NCBI RefSeq assembly: GCF_004296475.1
Contig: NZ_AP018162.1
Coordinates: forward strand, 150,001-182,000
Source: Candidatus Saccharimonadota bacterium
Lineage (GTDB): Bacteria; Pseudomonadota; Gammaproteobacteria; Enterobacterales; Enterobacteriaceae
DNA length: 32,000 nt
Reading direction: 5' to 3'
In this document: positions 7,150 through 16,870 of the stretch, in pieces
Layout: every line of letters starts with the position of its first letter
How positions within the stretch are numbered: position 1 is the first letter of the stretch
Translations under genes and position numbers: made by a program
The notes under the pieces: generated by a model
Told to the model about the DNA's origin: nothing
The model's input: only the letters and a program-made list of their open reading frames with translations
Database searches by the model: none

Positions 7150-9537
7150 ATGAAAAATTATCCTCATAAATCAATAGAAAGTTGTATACAAAAATATTGG
7201 TATAAAAATAAAACTTTTAGTGTAAAAGAAGATTTTAATAAAAAAAAATATTATTGTTTATCAATGTTTCCGTACACATCAGGAAATTTACATATAGGTC
7301 ATATAAGAAATTATACTATAGGAGATATAATATCAAGATTTCAAAGAATGTTAGGAAAAAATGTTTTATATCCAATAGGATGGGATGCATTTGGCCTACC
7401 AGCAGAAAATGCAGCTATAAAAAATAATATAAATCCTAAGGAATGGACTGCATTAAATATATATAATATGAGAAAACAAATAAAAATGTTAGGATTTAGT
7501 TTTGATTGGGATAGAGAAATAATAACTTGCCTTCCAGATTATTATAAATGGGAACAATTTTTTTTTAAAAAATTATATAAAAATAATATTGCTTATAAAA
7601 AGTTATCAGAAGTTAATTGGTGTAAAACAGATAAAACAGTATTAGCAAATGAACAAGTAATAAATGACAAATGTTGGAGATGTAACTCAATAACTAAAAA
7701 AATAAAAATTAAACAATGGTTCTTAAAAATAACTAAATATTCAAATAAATTATTAAAAAATTTAAAATTTCTAAAAAATTGGCCTAATAAAGTAAAACTT
7801 ATGCAAAGCAATTGGATAGGTAAAATAAAATGGTTAGAAATACATTTATATATTAATATAAGGGATAATAAATATAAATTGTTTTTATATATAAATAATA
7901 TATATGAATTTATTAATGCATCCTACATAATGATGTCAAATGATAATATTTTAATAAAAAAAAATATATTAAATAAAGATGATAATATAAAAGTTTTTAA
8001 TCCATTAAATAAAAAATATATATCAATAAAAATATTTGATAAAAAGTATATGATAAAATTTTTACTTAAAAATAAAAATTTAAATATTATCTCTGAAAAA
8101 ATAAATAATATATATTATGAAAAATATAATAAACTAAAAGTAAATTTTTTTTCATATTATTCATTTTTTTATTTTGATATATTTATAGATAAAAAAGAAA
8201 ATATAAAAGATAAAATAAAATTTTTATTTGAAAAAAAAATTTTAGTTAAAAAAATAAAATTTAATTTAAAAGATTGGTGTATATCTAGACAAAGATATTG
8301 GGGAGCTATAATTCCAACAGTTAATATTAATAAAAAAATATATTTAATACCAAATAATAAAATACCTTTAAGTTTAACTTATGATGAGTATAGTAAAAAT
8401 ATTAAAATTTTGATAAATAAAAAAATAGGGATAATTGAAAAAGATACATTTGATACATTTATAGAATCATCATGGTATTATATAAAATTTACGTGTCCTA
8501 ATTATAATTTTAATATAATAGATAAAAAATCAGCAAATTACTGGTTACCAATAGATCAATATATAGGAGGAATAGAACATTCTACTATGCATTTGTTATA
8601 TTTTAGATTTTATCATAAATTATTTAATGATTTTGGATTTTTAAAAACTAAAGAACCAGTAAATAAATTATTATGTCATGGAATGGTTAATTCTAAAACA
8701 TATTATTTTATAGATGAAAATAAAAATAAAATATGGATATCTCAAAAAGATATTATTATAAATAATAATAGAATATTATATAAAAATAAAGAAGTTATAT
8801 ATGGCGGGATAAGTAAAATGTCTAAATCAAAAAATAATGGCATAAATCCTATTGATATAATAAAAAAATATGGAGCTGATACATTAAGAATATTTATAAT
8901 ATTTTCATCTCCAATAGAACATGATATGTTATGGGATGAAACTAATATAATAGGAGTATATAGATTTTTAAACAGAATATGGAATATATCAGATAAAATA
9001 AAATGTAAAAATAATAATAATAATAATAAAATATCAAAATTAGAACTAGATTTTTATTTAAAATTAAATGAAAATATAATATTTGTTACTAATTTAATGA
9101 ATAAAAATAATTTTAATTCTATAATATCAATATTAATGAAATTAACAAATGAATTAATTACTATATTAAATAGTAATAATTTTAACTATATATTATTAAA
9201 AAAAACATTTTTAATAATAATAAAATTATTATATCCTTTTGCACCTCATATAAGTTTTGTAATATGGAAAAAATTAGGTAATAAAAATTCAATTGATTAT
9301 GAAAATTGGCCTAAAATAGAAAATTATTATCCTTTTTTAAATATAGAAAAAAAAATTTTATTCTTAATAGGAATAAATGGTAAAATTAAAGATAGGATAT
9401 ATATAAAAAAAGATACTGAAAAAGATGAAATATTTAAAATTATAAAAAATAAATTAATAATATTTAAGATAATAGAAAATAAAAAATATAATATAATTTT
9501 TATAAAAAATAAATTAATAAATTTTATTTTTAAATAA
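7150..9537 (+). CDS. leuS: leucine--tRNA ligase (795 aa, with a shortened and degenerate CP1 editing domain)
   Basis: It has the HIGH motif PYTSGNLHIGH, plus GWDAFGLPAEN, DWCISRQRYWG and KMSKSKNNG. Confidence 0.97.
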   Translation: MKNYPHKSIESCIQKYWYKNKTFSVKEDFNKKKYYCLSMFPYTSGNLHIGHIRNYTIGDIISRFQRMLGKNVLYPIGWDAFGLPAENAAIKNNINPKEWTALNIYNMRKQIKMLGFSFDWDREIITCLPDYYKWEQFFFKKLYKNNIAYKKLSEVNWCKTDKTVLANEQVINDKCWRCNSITKKIKIKQWFLKITKYSNKLLKNLKFLKNWPNKVKLMQSNWIGKIKWLEIHLYINIRDNKYKLFLYINNIYEFINASYIMMSNDNILIKKNILNKDDNIKVFNPLNKKYISIKIFDKKYMIKFLLKNKNLNIISEKINNIYYEKYNKLKVNFFSYYSFFYFDIFIDKKENIKDKIKFLFEKKILVKKIKFNLKDWCISRQRYWGAIIPTVNINKKIYLIPNNKIPLSLTYDEYSKNIKILINKKIGIIEKDTFDTFIESSWYYIKFTCPNYNFNIIDKKSANYWLPIDQYIGGIEHSTMHLLYFRFYHKLFNDFGFLKTKEPVNKLLCHGMVNSKTYYFIDENKNKIWISQKDIIINNNRILYKNKEVIYGGISKMSKSKNNGINPIDIIKKYGADTLRIFIIFSSPIEHDMLWDETNIIGVYRFLNRIWNISDKIKCKNNNNNNKISKLELDFYLKLNENIIFVTNLMNKNNFNSIISILMKLTNELITILNSNNFNYILLKKTFLIIIKLLYPFAPHISFVIWKKLGNKNSIDYENWPKIENYYPFLNIEKKILFLIGINGKIKDRIYIKKDTEKDEIFKIIKNKLIIFKIIENKKYNIIFIKNKLINFIFK

Positions 9538-9542
9538 AATTA

Positions 9543-10589
9543 ATGAATATAATAAAAGTATATAGATTAAATAAAATTTATAAAAATTATAAAAAGTATA
9601 TTGAAAAAAATATAATTATAATATATGGAAATAATATTTTTTTAATTGAAAATATATGTAAAAATATATCAAAATTATTTATAAAATATAAAAATATAAA
9701 TTATGTATATAATTTATATAAATTAAGTGATACTAATATTTTTTTAAAAAATATTAATATGTTTAATGAAAATAATTTAATAATAATAAATATAAATGAT
9801 ATAAATTTATTTAAGTTAGATTTTTTAAAAAAAAATAATTTTATTTTTATATTAAAAATATTAATATCAATTAAAGATATTGATTTTTTATTAAAAAAAT
9901 TAAATTTAATAAAAAAAGATAATTTATTACTAGTAAATTGCTTTATTAATAATAAAAATGAATTCAAACTTTTTTTATATAAATATACAAAATTTTCTTT
10001 TTTCTTAAAAAAAAAGAATAAAATAATAATATCTAAATTATATTTAATATATAAACTTAATAGTAGAGAATTTATATATATAATAAAAAATATAAAAGAA
10101 AATAATAAAAATATAAATGAATTATATAAAGTTAAAAATTTTATAGAATGTAAAAATTTAATTATAATAAATTTTTTAGATTCAATATTAAAAGGTAATA
10201 AAAAATTATCTAATTATAATTTAATAAATATATTAAAAAATAAAAATGTAAATATTATATATATATTAAAAATATTAGATAAATATATAAAATTAATATA
10301 TTTTTTAAAAAATAAAAGTAAAATAATTGTATTAAACATTTTAAAAAATACTAATATAAGTAAATATAGATACAGATATATTATAAATATAATAAATAGA
10401 TTAAATATATATAACTTATATATTTTAATAAGAATATTAAATAATATAGATATATCAGTAAAATCTAATAATAATAGAAATTATATAATAGATATTGTTA
10501 ATAAAAATTTATATTTATTTATATTAATAATTTGTTTTAAAAATGATAAAAAAGTAAATTTTAATAAAATAATTAAATACTTAATATAA
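9543..10589 (+). CDS. holA: DNA polymerase III delta subunit (highly diverged)
   Basis: The call rests on three things: its position directly after leuS (E. coli order leuS-lptE-holA), its length of 348 aa versus 343, and weak matches IIIIYGNNIFLIEN ~ AYLLLGNDPLLLQE and FLDSILKGNKK ~ WVDALLMGKSK. Confidence 0.65.
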   Translation: MNIIKVYRLNKIYKNYKKYIEKNIIIIYGNNIFLIENICKNISKLFIKYKNINYVYNLYKLSDTNIFLKNINMFNENNLIIININDINLFKLDFLKKNNFIFILKILISIKDIDFLLKKLNLIKKDNLLLVNCFINNKNEFKLFLYKYTKFSFFLKKKNKIIISKLYLIYKLNSREFIYIIKNIKENNKNINELYKVKNFIECKNLIIINFLDSILKGNKKLSNYNLINILKNKNVNIIYILKILDKYIKLIYFLKNKSKIIVLNILKNTNISKYRYRYIINIINRLNIYNLYILIRILNNIDISVKSNNNRNYIIDIVNKNLYLFILIICFKNDKKVNFNKIIKYLI

Positions 10590-10610
10590 ATAATTTAAAA
10601 TTTTATATAT

Positions 10611-10835
10611 TTAAATAAAGCAATTATTATTTGGTTTAGGTATATTTAATTTTTCATATATTGAATTTATATTTTCTTTAAAAAATGAATCTATATAATT
10701 ATTATGATCATATAATACTATATTATTTTCTTTTAAAAAGAATATAATCATTTTTTTATTTGGTGAAATTCCATATTTTTTATAAAATTTTTTTATAAAT
10801 TTAATAATAATTATTTTATTTTTTTTTAGTTTCAT
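10611..10835 (-). CDS. tusE: TusE/DsrC-family sulfur-relay protein, N-terminally shortened (74 aa)
   Basis: The C-terminal half aligns with my recollection of E. coli TusE: IIKFIKKFYKKYGISPNKKMI ~ [21 protein letters not shown], and the C-terminus LNIPKPNNNCFI* ~ GLPKPVKCI* keeps the conserved Cys arm. It lies next to tRNA-Ser(UGA), and E. coli has tusE-yccA-serT. I place the start at the internal ATG (10833-10835), because the longer track ORF runs through the tRNA. Confidence 0.5.
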   Translation of the reverse strand: MKLKKNKIIIIKFIKKFYKKYGISPNKKMIIFFLKENNIVLYDHNNYIDSFFKENINSIYEKLNIPKPNNNCFI

Positions 10836-10870
10836 TTTTTTAAAAAATAAATTATAATATATATAAAATT

Positions 10871-10957
10871 GGAGGAGTGGCCGAGTGGTTGAAGGCACTG
10901 GTCTTGAAAACCAGAAATATTTTATAATATTCTAGAGTTCGAATCTCTACTCCTTCT
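10871..10957 (+). tRNA. serT: tRNA-Ser (anticodon UGA), class II
   Basis: Acceptor GGAGGAG/CTCCTTC, the D-loop sequence GGCCGAGTGGTTGAAGGC, anticodon stem CTGGT/ACCAG with loop CTTGAAA, a long variable arm, and T arm TAGAG-TTCGAAT-CTCTA. No CCA is encoded. Confidence 0.9.
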
Positions 10958-12656
10958 TTTTATTTATAATTTTATTAATAAAAAAGTTTTTTATTATATT
11001 AATTTTATTAATAATATTATTATAAAATAATTTTATATTATATAATTTTTTATTATTGTATTTTTTATATATATCAAAATTTATATATTTATTGTTTAAT
11101 TTGCTATTATTTTTATTTATATATTCACATATATCTATTTTTTTTTTATTAATTTTAAATAATGAATAGTCTATTGTGTTATTAATATTATTAAAAGTAT
11201 TTATAGTATAATTAGGCGTTTTTATTTGTTCGCTTGGTATTATTACTATTTTTTTTAAATTTTTATATTCTAATTCATTTATAATATTTCTTTTTTCATT
11301 TAATAAATAAGTTCCTATTATAACAGGAACTATTATATGTATTTCTTTTACATCTTTATTAAGTATTTTTTCTTCTATAATTCTTAATATATATATTGTT
11401 AAATTTTTATTAGTTTTTATATAACCAATCCCTTCACATCTAGGACATATATAATTATTAAATTCATTTATAGAATTATTTATTCTTTGTCTAGACAATT
11501 CTAATAAACCAAATTTTGATATCACACCCACTTGTACTTTAGATCTATCTTCTAAAACTAATTTATTTATTAAATTTTCAATATCTTTCTTATTTTTTTC
11601 TTTAAGCATATCTATAAAATCTATTACTATTAATCCTCCTAAATCTCTAAATTTTATTTGACGAACTATTTCTTTTGCAGCTTCTATATTTGTATTTAAT
11701 GCTGTTTCTTCTATATTTATACCTTTAGTGTATTTAGAAGAATTTATATCTATAGATGTTAATGCTTCTGTTGAATCTATTATTATTGATCCGCCGGATG
11801 GTAAATTTACTTTTTTCTTAAATATAGTTTTTATTTGAGATTCTATATTAAATTTATAAAATAATGGAATATTATTTACATGTAATTTTAATTTTTTTAT
11901 AAAATCATTTCTTCCAAGAAATTTTAAATATTCCTTAGATAATTCTAATATTTCTAATTCATCTATTATAATTTCATCTATATCATTATTTAAATAATCT
12001 CTAAATATTTTAATAACTATATTATTTTCATTATATATAATAGATGGATTATTTTTTTCTTTATATATTTTGCTGATTATATTCCAATGATCTAATTTCA
12101 TATTTAAATCAGTTTGTAAATCATCTAATGATTTATTAATCCCAGAAGTTCTTATTATTATACCCATATTTTCAGGTATTATTAATTTTGAAATTAAATC
12201 TTTTAATTTAAATTTTAATTCTTTTTTTATTCTTCTAGATATTCCTAATACATTAGGATTATTTGGCATTAATATTAAATAAGATCCAGCTAAACTTATA
12301 AACGTACTTAAATAAGCCCCTTTTTTACCTCTTTCTTCTTTATTTACTTGTACCATTATTTCTTGATTTTCTTTTAATATATCTTTTATACCAACTTTTA
12401 TATCTAATTTTTTTTTTATAAAAAAACTATCATTTATTTCTTTTATTGAAAGAAATCCATTTTTTTCACAACCATAATCTACAAAAGCTGCATTTAGACT
12501 AGGTTCTATTTTTACTATTTTACCTTTATATATATTAGATTTTTTTTGTTCATAATTCATATTTTCTATATATAAATCATATAATAAATTTTCATTATCT
12601 ATTATAGCAACTCTTAATTCTTCTTTATGTCTAGCATTAACTAACATTTTTCTCAT
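10947..12656 (-). CDS. rne: ribonuclease E, catalytic N-terminal half only (569 aa)
   Basis: The N-terminus MRKMLVNARHKEELRVAIID and KKSNIYKGKIVKIEPSLNAAFVDYG match RNase E better than RNase G. The Zn-link CPRCEGIG is present. There is no long C-terminal scaffold region. Confidence 0.9.
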   Translation of the reverse strand: MRKMLVNARHKEELRVAIIDNENLLYDLYIENMNYEQKKSNIYKGKIVKIEPSLNAAFVDYGCEKNGFLSIKEINDSFFIKKKLDIKVGIKDILKENQEIMVQVNKEERGKKGAYLSTFISLAGSYLILMPNNPNVLGISRRIKKELKFKLKDLISKLIIPENMGIIIRTSGINKSLDDLQTDLNMKLDHWNIISKIYKEKNNPSIIYNENNIVIKIFRDYLNNDIDEIIIDELEILELSKEYLKFLGRNDFIKKLKLHVNNIPLFYKFNIESQIKTIFKKKVNLPSGGSIIIDSTEALTSIDINSSKYTKGINIEETALNTNIEAAKEIVRQIKFRDLGGLIVIDFIDMLKEKNKKDIENLINKLVLEDRSKVQVGVISKFGLLELSRQRINNSINEFNNYICPRCEGIGYIKTNKNLTIYILRIIEEKILNKDVKEIHIIVPVIIGTYLLNEKRNIINELEYKNLKKIVIIPSEQIKTPNYTINTFNNINNTIDYSLFKINKKKIDICEYINKNNSKLNNKYINFDIYKKYNNKKLYNIKLFYNNIINKINIIKNFFINKIINKKKE

Positions 12657-12739
12657 TATTTATTATCCATATAATAAATTAATAAAATTTTAATTAAATT
12701 AATTTATGTAAATTAATTTAATTAATTTTTTAATAAAAA

Positions 12740-12934
12740 TTAATTAAATTTAATATTAAATTTTTTTATTCTTCCTATATTCTTATTTATTTTTTGCTTA
12801 CCTGTATAAAAAGAATGACATATATTACAAACATCAGTATTTATATCTTTTACTAATATAGACCAAATATATTTTTTATTACCACATGAACATGTAAATA
12901 ATATTTTATTTATTTTAGGATGTATTTTTTTCAT
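12740..12934 (-). CDS. rpmE: 50S ribosomal protein L31
   Basis: MKKIHPK..CSCGN..DVCNICHSFYTGKQK matches L31, including its Cys motif. Confidence 0.95.
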   Translation of the reverse strand: MKKIHPKINKILFTCSCGNKKYIWSILVKDINTDVCNICHSFYTGKQKINKNIGRIKKFNIKFN

Positions 12935-13099
12935 ATTAACTTTAAAAAATTATTAAATTAACTTCATATTATAAATTATATATTAAAAATTAAATATTTA
13001 ATTATTTATAATAATAAACAATATTTTTATTTAAATTAAATTAATTTTAATATATTATTAATAATATAAAATTATTTTATATATAAAAGGTAACTAATT

Positions 13100-13630
13100 A
13101 TGACAACAATATTAACTGTTAGAAAAGATAAATTTGTATCTATAGGTGGTGATGGACAAGCTACTTTTGGTGAAAGTATTATTAAAAATAATGTATGCAA
13201 AATAAAAAAATTATATGATGGTAAAATAATATCAGGGTTTTCTGGAAGTACTTCCGATTCATTTACATTATTAGAATTATTAGAACGAAAAATAGAATTT
13301 TATCAAGGTAATTTATTAAAATCTTCTATAGAATTATCTAAAGATTGGAGAATGGATAAAATTTTACGTAAATTAGAAACTATGTTAATAGTAATAAATG
13401 AAGACATATCATTACTAATAACTGGAAATGGAGATGTTATGCAAGTAGATGATGATTTAATTGCTATAGGATCTGGAGGGTTATATGCTAAATCTGCAGC
13501 AAAAGCTTTAATAAAAAATACAAAATTATCTGCAAAATTAATAGTTAAAGAATCATTAAATATAGCAAGTGAAATATGCATATATACAAATAATAATTTT
13601 ATAATAGAAGAATTATCATCTAATAAATAG
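13100..13630 (+). CDS. hslV: ATP-dependent protease subunit HslV
   Basis: [19 protein letters not shown] places the catalytic Thr directly after the Met. GSGG is present, and the protein is 176 aa. Confidence 0.97.
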   Translation: MTTILTVRKDKFVSIGGDGQATFGESIIKNNVCKIKKLYDGKIISGFSGSTSDSFTLLELLERKIEFYQGNLLKSSIELSKDWRMDKILRKLETMLIVINEDISLLITGNGDVMQVDDDLIAIGSGGLYAKSAAKALIKNTKLSAKLIVKESLNIASEICIYTNNNFIIEELSSNK

Positions 13631-13643
13631 AAGAGTTTCAAAA

Positions 13644-14966
13644 ATGTTTACAATGATGACACCAAAAGAAATTGTTGATAAATTAAATAAATATATAATA
13701 GGACAATATAATGCTAAAAAAGCAGTTGCTATAGCATTAAGAAATAGATGGAGAAGAATGCAATTAAATAAATTGATAAGAAATGAAATAATACCTAAAA
13801 ATATTTTAATGATAGGCCCTACTGGAGTAGGTAAAACTGAAATAGCAAGAAGAATATCAAAAATATCAAATGCTCCATTTATAAAAGTAGAAGCTACAAA
13901 ATTTACAGAAGTCGGATATGTAGGTAAAGATGTTGATTCTATAATAAGAGATTTAACAGATATATCATTTAAAATGATTAAATCTAAACTTATAAAAAAA
14001 AATAAAACTTTGGCAAAAAAAATAGTAGAAGAAAAAATTATAGATCTATTAATAATATTAGAAGATGATAAATTAAATATAAATAATAATTCTATTAGAA
14101 CAGATATAAGAAGTAAATTAAAAAAAGGTTTATTAGAAGATAAAGAAATAGAATTTAATCTAACATCTTCATTAGGTATAGAAATAGTATCTCCTCCAGG
14201 AATGGAAGAGATGGTTAGTCAACTTCAATATATATTTAAAAACATATCTAATCAAAAATATAAAACTTATAAAACTAAGATAAAAGAGGCTAGAATTTTA
14301 TTATTAGAAGAAGAATCAAATAAACTTTTAAATATAGATGAAATAAAAAACAAATCTATAGAATTAGTCGAACAAAACGGTATAGTGTTTATAGATGAAA
14401 TAGATAAAATATGTAGATCAAGAAGTAGCTCTTCTGGATTAGATGTTTCTAGAGAAGGTGTGCAAAGAGATTTATTATCTATAGTAGAAGGATGTAATGT
14501 ATCAACTAAACATGGAGTTGTAAAAACAGATTATATTTTATTTATAGCATCTGGAGCTTTTCATAATGTTAGTCCAACTGATCTTATCCCAGAGCTTCAA
14601 GGTAGATTTCCAATTAAAGTTAAATTAGAATCTTTAAGAAAAGAAGATTTTGAAAAAATTTTAACAGAATCTCATAGTTCTTTAATAAATCAATATATAT
14701 CATTACTATCAACTGAAGGTGCAGAAATAAAATTTACAGAATTTGCAATAAAATATATATCTGAAAAAGCATGGGATGAAAATATAAAATATGAAAATTT
14801 AGGCGCTAGAAGATTATATTCTATATTAGAAAAATTAATGGAAAATATATCATTTAATGCACATATATATAAAGGTAAAAGAATATTAATAGATAAAGAG
14901 TATATAAATTTAAATTTAAATGAAGATAATGAAATAAATAATGATATTAATAAATTTTTATTATAA
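13644..14966 (+). CDS. hslU: ATP-dependent protease ATPase subunit HslU
   Basis: It has [17 protein letters not shown], Walker [14 protein letters not shown], Walker [10 protein letters not shown] and PELQGRFP. Confidence 0.97.
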   Translation: MFTMMTPKEIVDKLNKYIIGQYNAKKAVAIALRNRWRRMQLNKLIRNEIIPKNILMIGPTGVGKTEIARRISKISNAPFIKVEATKFTEVGYVGKDVDSIIRDLTDISFKMIKSKLIKKNKTLAKKIVEEKIIDLLIILEDDKLNINNNSIRTDIRSKLKKGLLEDKEIEFNLTSSLGIEIVSPPGMEEMVSQLQYIFKNISNQKYKTYKTKIKEARILLLEEESNKLLNIDEIKNKSIELVEQNGIVFIDEIDKICRSRSSSSGLDVSREGVQRDLLSIVEGCNVSTKHGVVKTDYILFIASGAFHNVSPTDLIPELQGRFPIKVKLESLRKEDFEKILTESHSSLINQYISLLSTEGAEIKFTEFAIKYISEKAWDENIKYENLGARRLYSILEKLMENISFNAHIYKGKRILIDKEYINLNLNEDNEINNDINKFLL

Positions 14967-14968
14967 AA

Positions 14969-15706
14969 ATGTGGATAAAAGCTAAACTTATAAAGTTAAA
15001 AAAAATAAATGATTATTTGTTTAGTTTTATTTTTAAATCTGAAATAAATAATTTTATAGCAGGTCAATTTTCAAAAATAAAATTTAAAATTAATAATATA
15101 GAAATACAAAGATCATATTCTTATGTAAATCCACCAAAAAGTAAATTTTTAGAATTTTATATAAGTAGAATAAACAATGGTAAAGTAAGTAATTTTTTAT
15201 ATAATAGCAAACCAGGATTTGAATTTTTAATTACTAAAAAGTCTTTTGGTAATTTTAATATTATGAACATTCCAAATTGTAATACATTATGGATGTTATC
15301 ACATGGAACAGCAATAGGTCCATATTTATCAATATTAAGAGGATATAATAAAAATTTTTTTATAGAAAAGTTTAAAAAAATAATACTTATATATTCTATA
15401 AAAACTTCAGAAGATTTTTTTTATAAAAATATAATAAATAATATAAAAGATAAATTAAATAATATTATAGAAATATTAGTATTAACTAGTAGTGAAATTA
15501 AAAAAGAATATATAAATGGTAAAATATCAAATTTAATATATAATGGTTTTCTAGAATCATACTTAAATAAAAAAATAAATACTAATGATCATATTATGAT
15601 ATGTGGAAACGAAAATATGATAAAAGAAATAAAATATATAATATTAAAAAAATATAAAAAATTAAATAATTATAATAATATATTTTCATATGAAAAATAT
15701 TGGTAA
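14969..15706 (+). CDS. fpr: ferredoxin/flavodoxin--NADP+ reductase
   Basis: AGQFSKI..QRSYSYVNPP..LEFY..TLWMLSHGTAIGPYLSILR aligns with E. coli Fpr (245 versus 248 aa). Confidence 0.9.
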   Translation: MWIKAKLIKLKKINDYLFSFIFKSEINNFIAGQFSKIKFKINNIEIQRSYSYVNPPKSKFLEFYISRINNGKVSNFLYNSKPGFEFLITKKSFGNFNIMNIPNCNTLWMLSHGTAIGPYLSILRGYNKNFFIEKFKKIILIYSIKTSEDFFYKNIINNIKDKLNNIIEILVLTSSEIKKEYINGKISNLIYNGFLESYLNKKINTNDHIMICGNENMIKEIKYIILKKYKKLNNYNNIFSYEKYW

Positions 15707-15711
15707 TTAAA

Positions 15712-16485
15712 ATGAAAAATATAACTATAATATGTAATTGGAAATTAAATGGTAATAAAAAATTAATAAATATTTTTTTAAAAAAGTTAATTAATTTTTT
15801 TAAAACATTAGATGAACATAAAAAAAAATATATAAAAGTAATTTTTTCTCCTCCAATATTATATTTAGATTATTCTTATAAAATTATAAATAAAAATAAG
15901 GAAATATATTTATGTTCTCAAAATGTTGATATTAATGAAAATGGATCATTTACTGGAGAAATATCTGCAAAAATGTTAAAAGATATAGGAGTTTCATATG
16001 TTATATTAGGACATTCAGAAAGAAGAAAATATCATAATGAAAGTGATTATGATATTTCAGAAAAATTTTTTAGTGTTAAAAATAATGAATTAACACCTAT
16101 ACTTTGTATAGGTGAAAATTTAAATGACTACGAAAATCTTAAAACAGAAAAAATATGCATTTCACAAATAAATACAATAATAAAAAAATATGGAATAGAA
16201 ATTATGTTTAATTCTATTATAGCATATGAACCTATATGGGCAATTGGAACTGGTAATTATGCCAGTAAAGAACATATAAATAAAGTTTTTAACTTTATAA
16301 AAAATTATTTAAATTCATTTTGTGATAATATAAATAATAAAATAAAATTTTATTATGGAGGATCTATATCATCATATAATAGTGAAGATTTAATAAATAA
16401 TAATATTATAGATGGATTATTAATAGGAAAATCATCTTTATATATAGATGAAATATTAAATATAATAAATAATTATATAAAATAA
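15712..16485 (+). CDS. tpiA: triosephosphate isomerase
   Basis: It has CNWKLNG, VILGHSERR, AYEPIWAIGTG and YGGS. I prefer the ATG at 15712 over the track's TTG at 15700, which overlaps the end of fpr. Confidence 0.95.
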   Translation: MKNITIICNWKLNGNKKLINIFLKKLINFFKTLDEHKKKYIKVIFSPPILYLDYSYKIINKNKEIYLCSQNVDINENGSFTGEISAKMLKDIGVSYVILGHSERRKYHNESDYDISEKFFSVKNNELTPILCIGENLNDYENLKTEKICISQINTIIKKYGIEIMFNSIIAYEPIWAIGTGNYASKEHINKVFNFIKNYLNSFCDNINNKIKFYYGGSISSYNSEDLINNNIIDGLLIGKSSLYIDEILNIINNYIK

Positions 16486-16489
16486 AAAA

Positions 16490-16660
16490 TTATTTTTTTT
16501 TATTTATCTTACATTCTTTATATAAAACATGTTTTTTAATAAATGGATCAAACTTTTTCATTTCTATTTTTTTTAATTTTAATTTTTTACTTTTTGTTGT
16601 TGTATAAAAATGATTAGATATACTTGAAAGTAATTTTATTTTTTCTCTTGAACTTTTCAT
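16490..16660 (-). CDS. rpmG: 50S ribosomal protein L33 (56 aa; too short for the ORF track)
   Basis: My hand translation is [56 protein letters not shown]. It matches L33 (..[37 protein letters not shown]). It sits directly downstream of rpmB, as in the rpmBG operon. Confidence 0.9.
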   Translation of the reverse strand: MKSSREKIKLLSSISNHFYTTTKSKKLKLKKIEMKKFDPFIKKHVLYKECKINKKK

Positions 16661-16663
16661 ATT

Positions 16664-16864
16664 TTAATTATTTTTAATTTTTTTATATAATAATTTTAAA
16701 CCTTTAATTGATAATTTAATTTTTAAAAATTTATTAATATTAGGAAAGTATACTTTTTTTTTTTGGAAATTTATATTAAATTTCCTACTAGTTTTATTCA
16801 TTGAATTTGATCTATTATTTCCAAAAATAGATTTTTTATTAGTTAATTTACAAATTTTTGACAT
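16664..16864 (-). CDS. rpmB: 50S ribosomal protein L28 (66 aa, C-terminally short)
   Basis: MSKICKLTNKKSIFGNNRSNSMNKTSRKF matches the L28 N-terminus ([29 protein letters not shown]). Confidence 0.9.
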   Translation of the reverse strand: MSKICKLTNKKSIFGNNRSNSMNKTSRKFNINFQKKKVYFPNINKFLKIKLSIKGLKLLYKKIKNN

Positions 16865-16870
16865 TTTTTT

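Noticed and set aside
7593-7811. 72-aa minus-strand ORF inside leuS.
   Set aside because: - It is antisense to a well-supported leuS reading frame, and its low-complexity product has no recognisable motif.
- This looks like the expected mirror-frame artefact.
- The same reasoning applies to 9701-9967 (antisense to holA), 27383-27589 (antisense to valS) and 28892-29116 (antisense to rpoD).
9010-9027. (AAT)6 microsatellite encoding Asn6 in leuS.
   Set aside because: It is in frame, lies in a variable linker and is ordinary for this composition. It could be length-polymorphic, but it is not a functional element.
10836-10898. 5' extension of the tusE-like ORF (the track's start at 10898, MPSTTRPLLQ..).
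   Set aside because: The extension is simply the reverse complement of tRNA-Ser (10871-10957), and homology to TusE begins only after the internal ATG at 10835.
12935-13099. The largest spacer (165 nt, rpmE/hslV divergent) was checked for a small gene, an sRNA or a sigma-32 heat-shock promoter.
   Set aside because: It has no ORF beyond a few codons, no GC-rich structured segment and no CTTGAAA/CCCCAT-like motif. It is probably just promoter DNA.
13303-13641. 112-aa minus-strand ORF overlapping hslV.
   Set aside because: It is antisense to the highly conserved hslV frame and has no homology signal. It is open only because the Gly/Ala-rich hslV codons lack reverse-complement stops.
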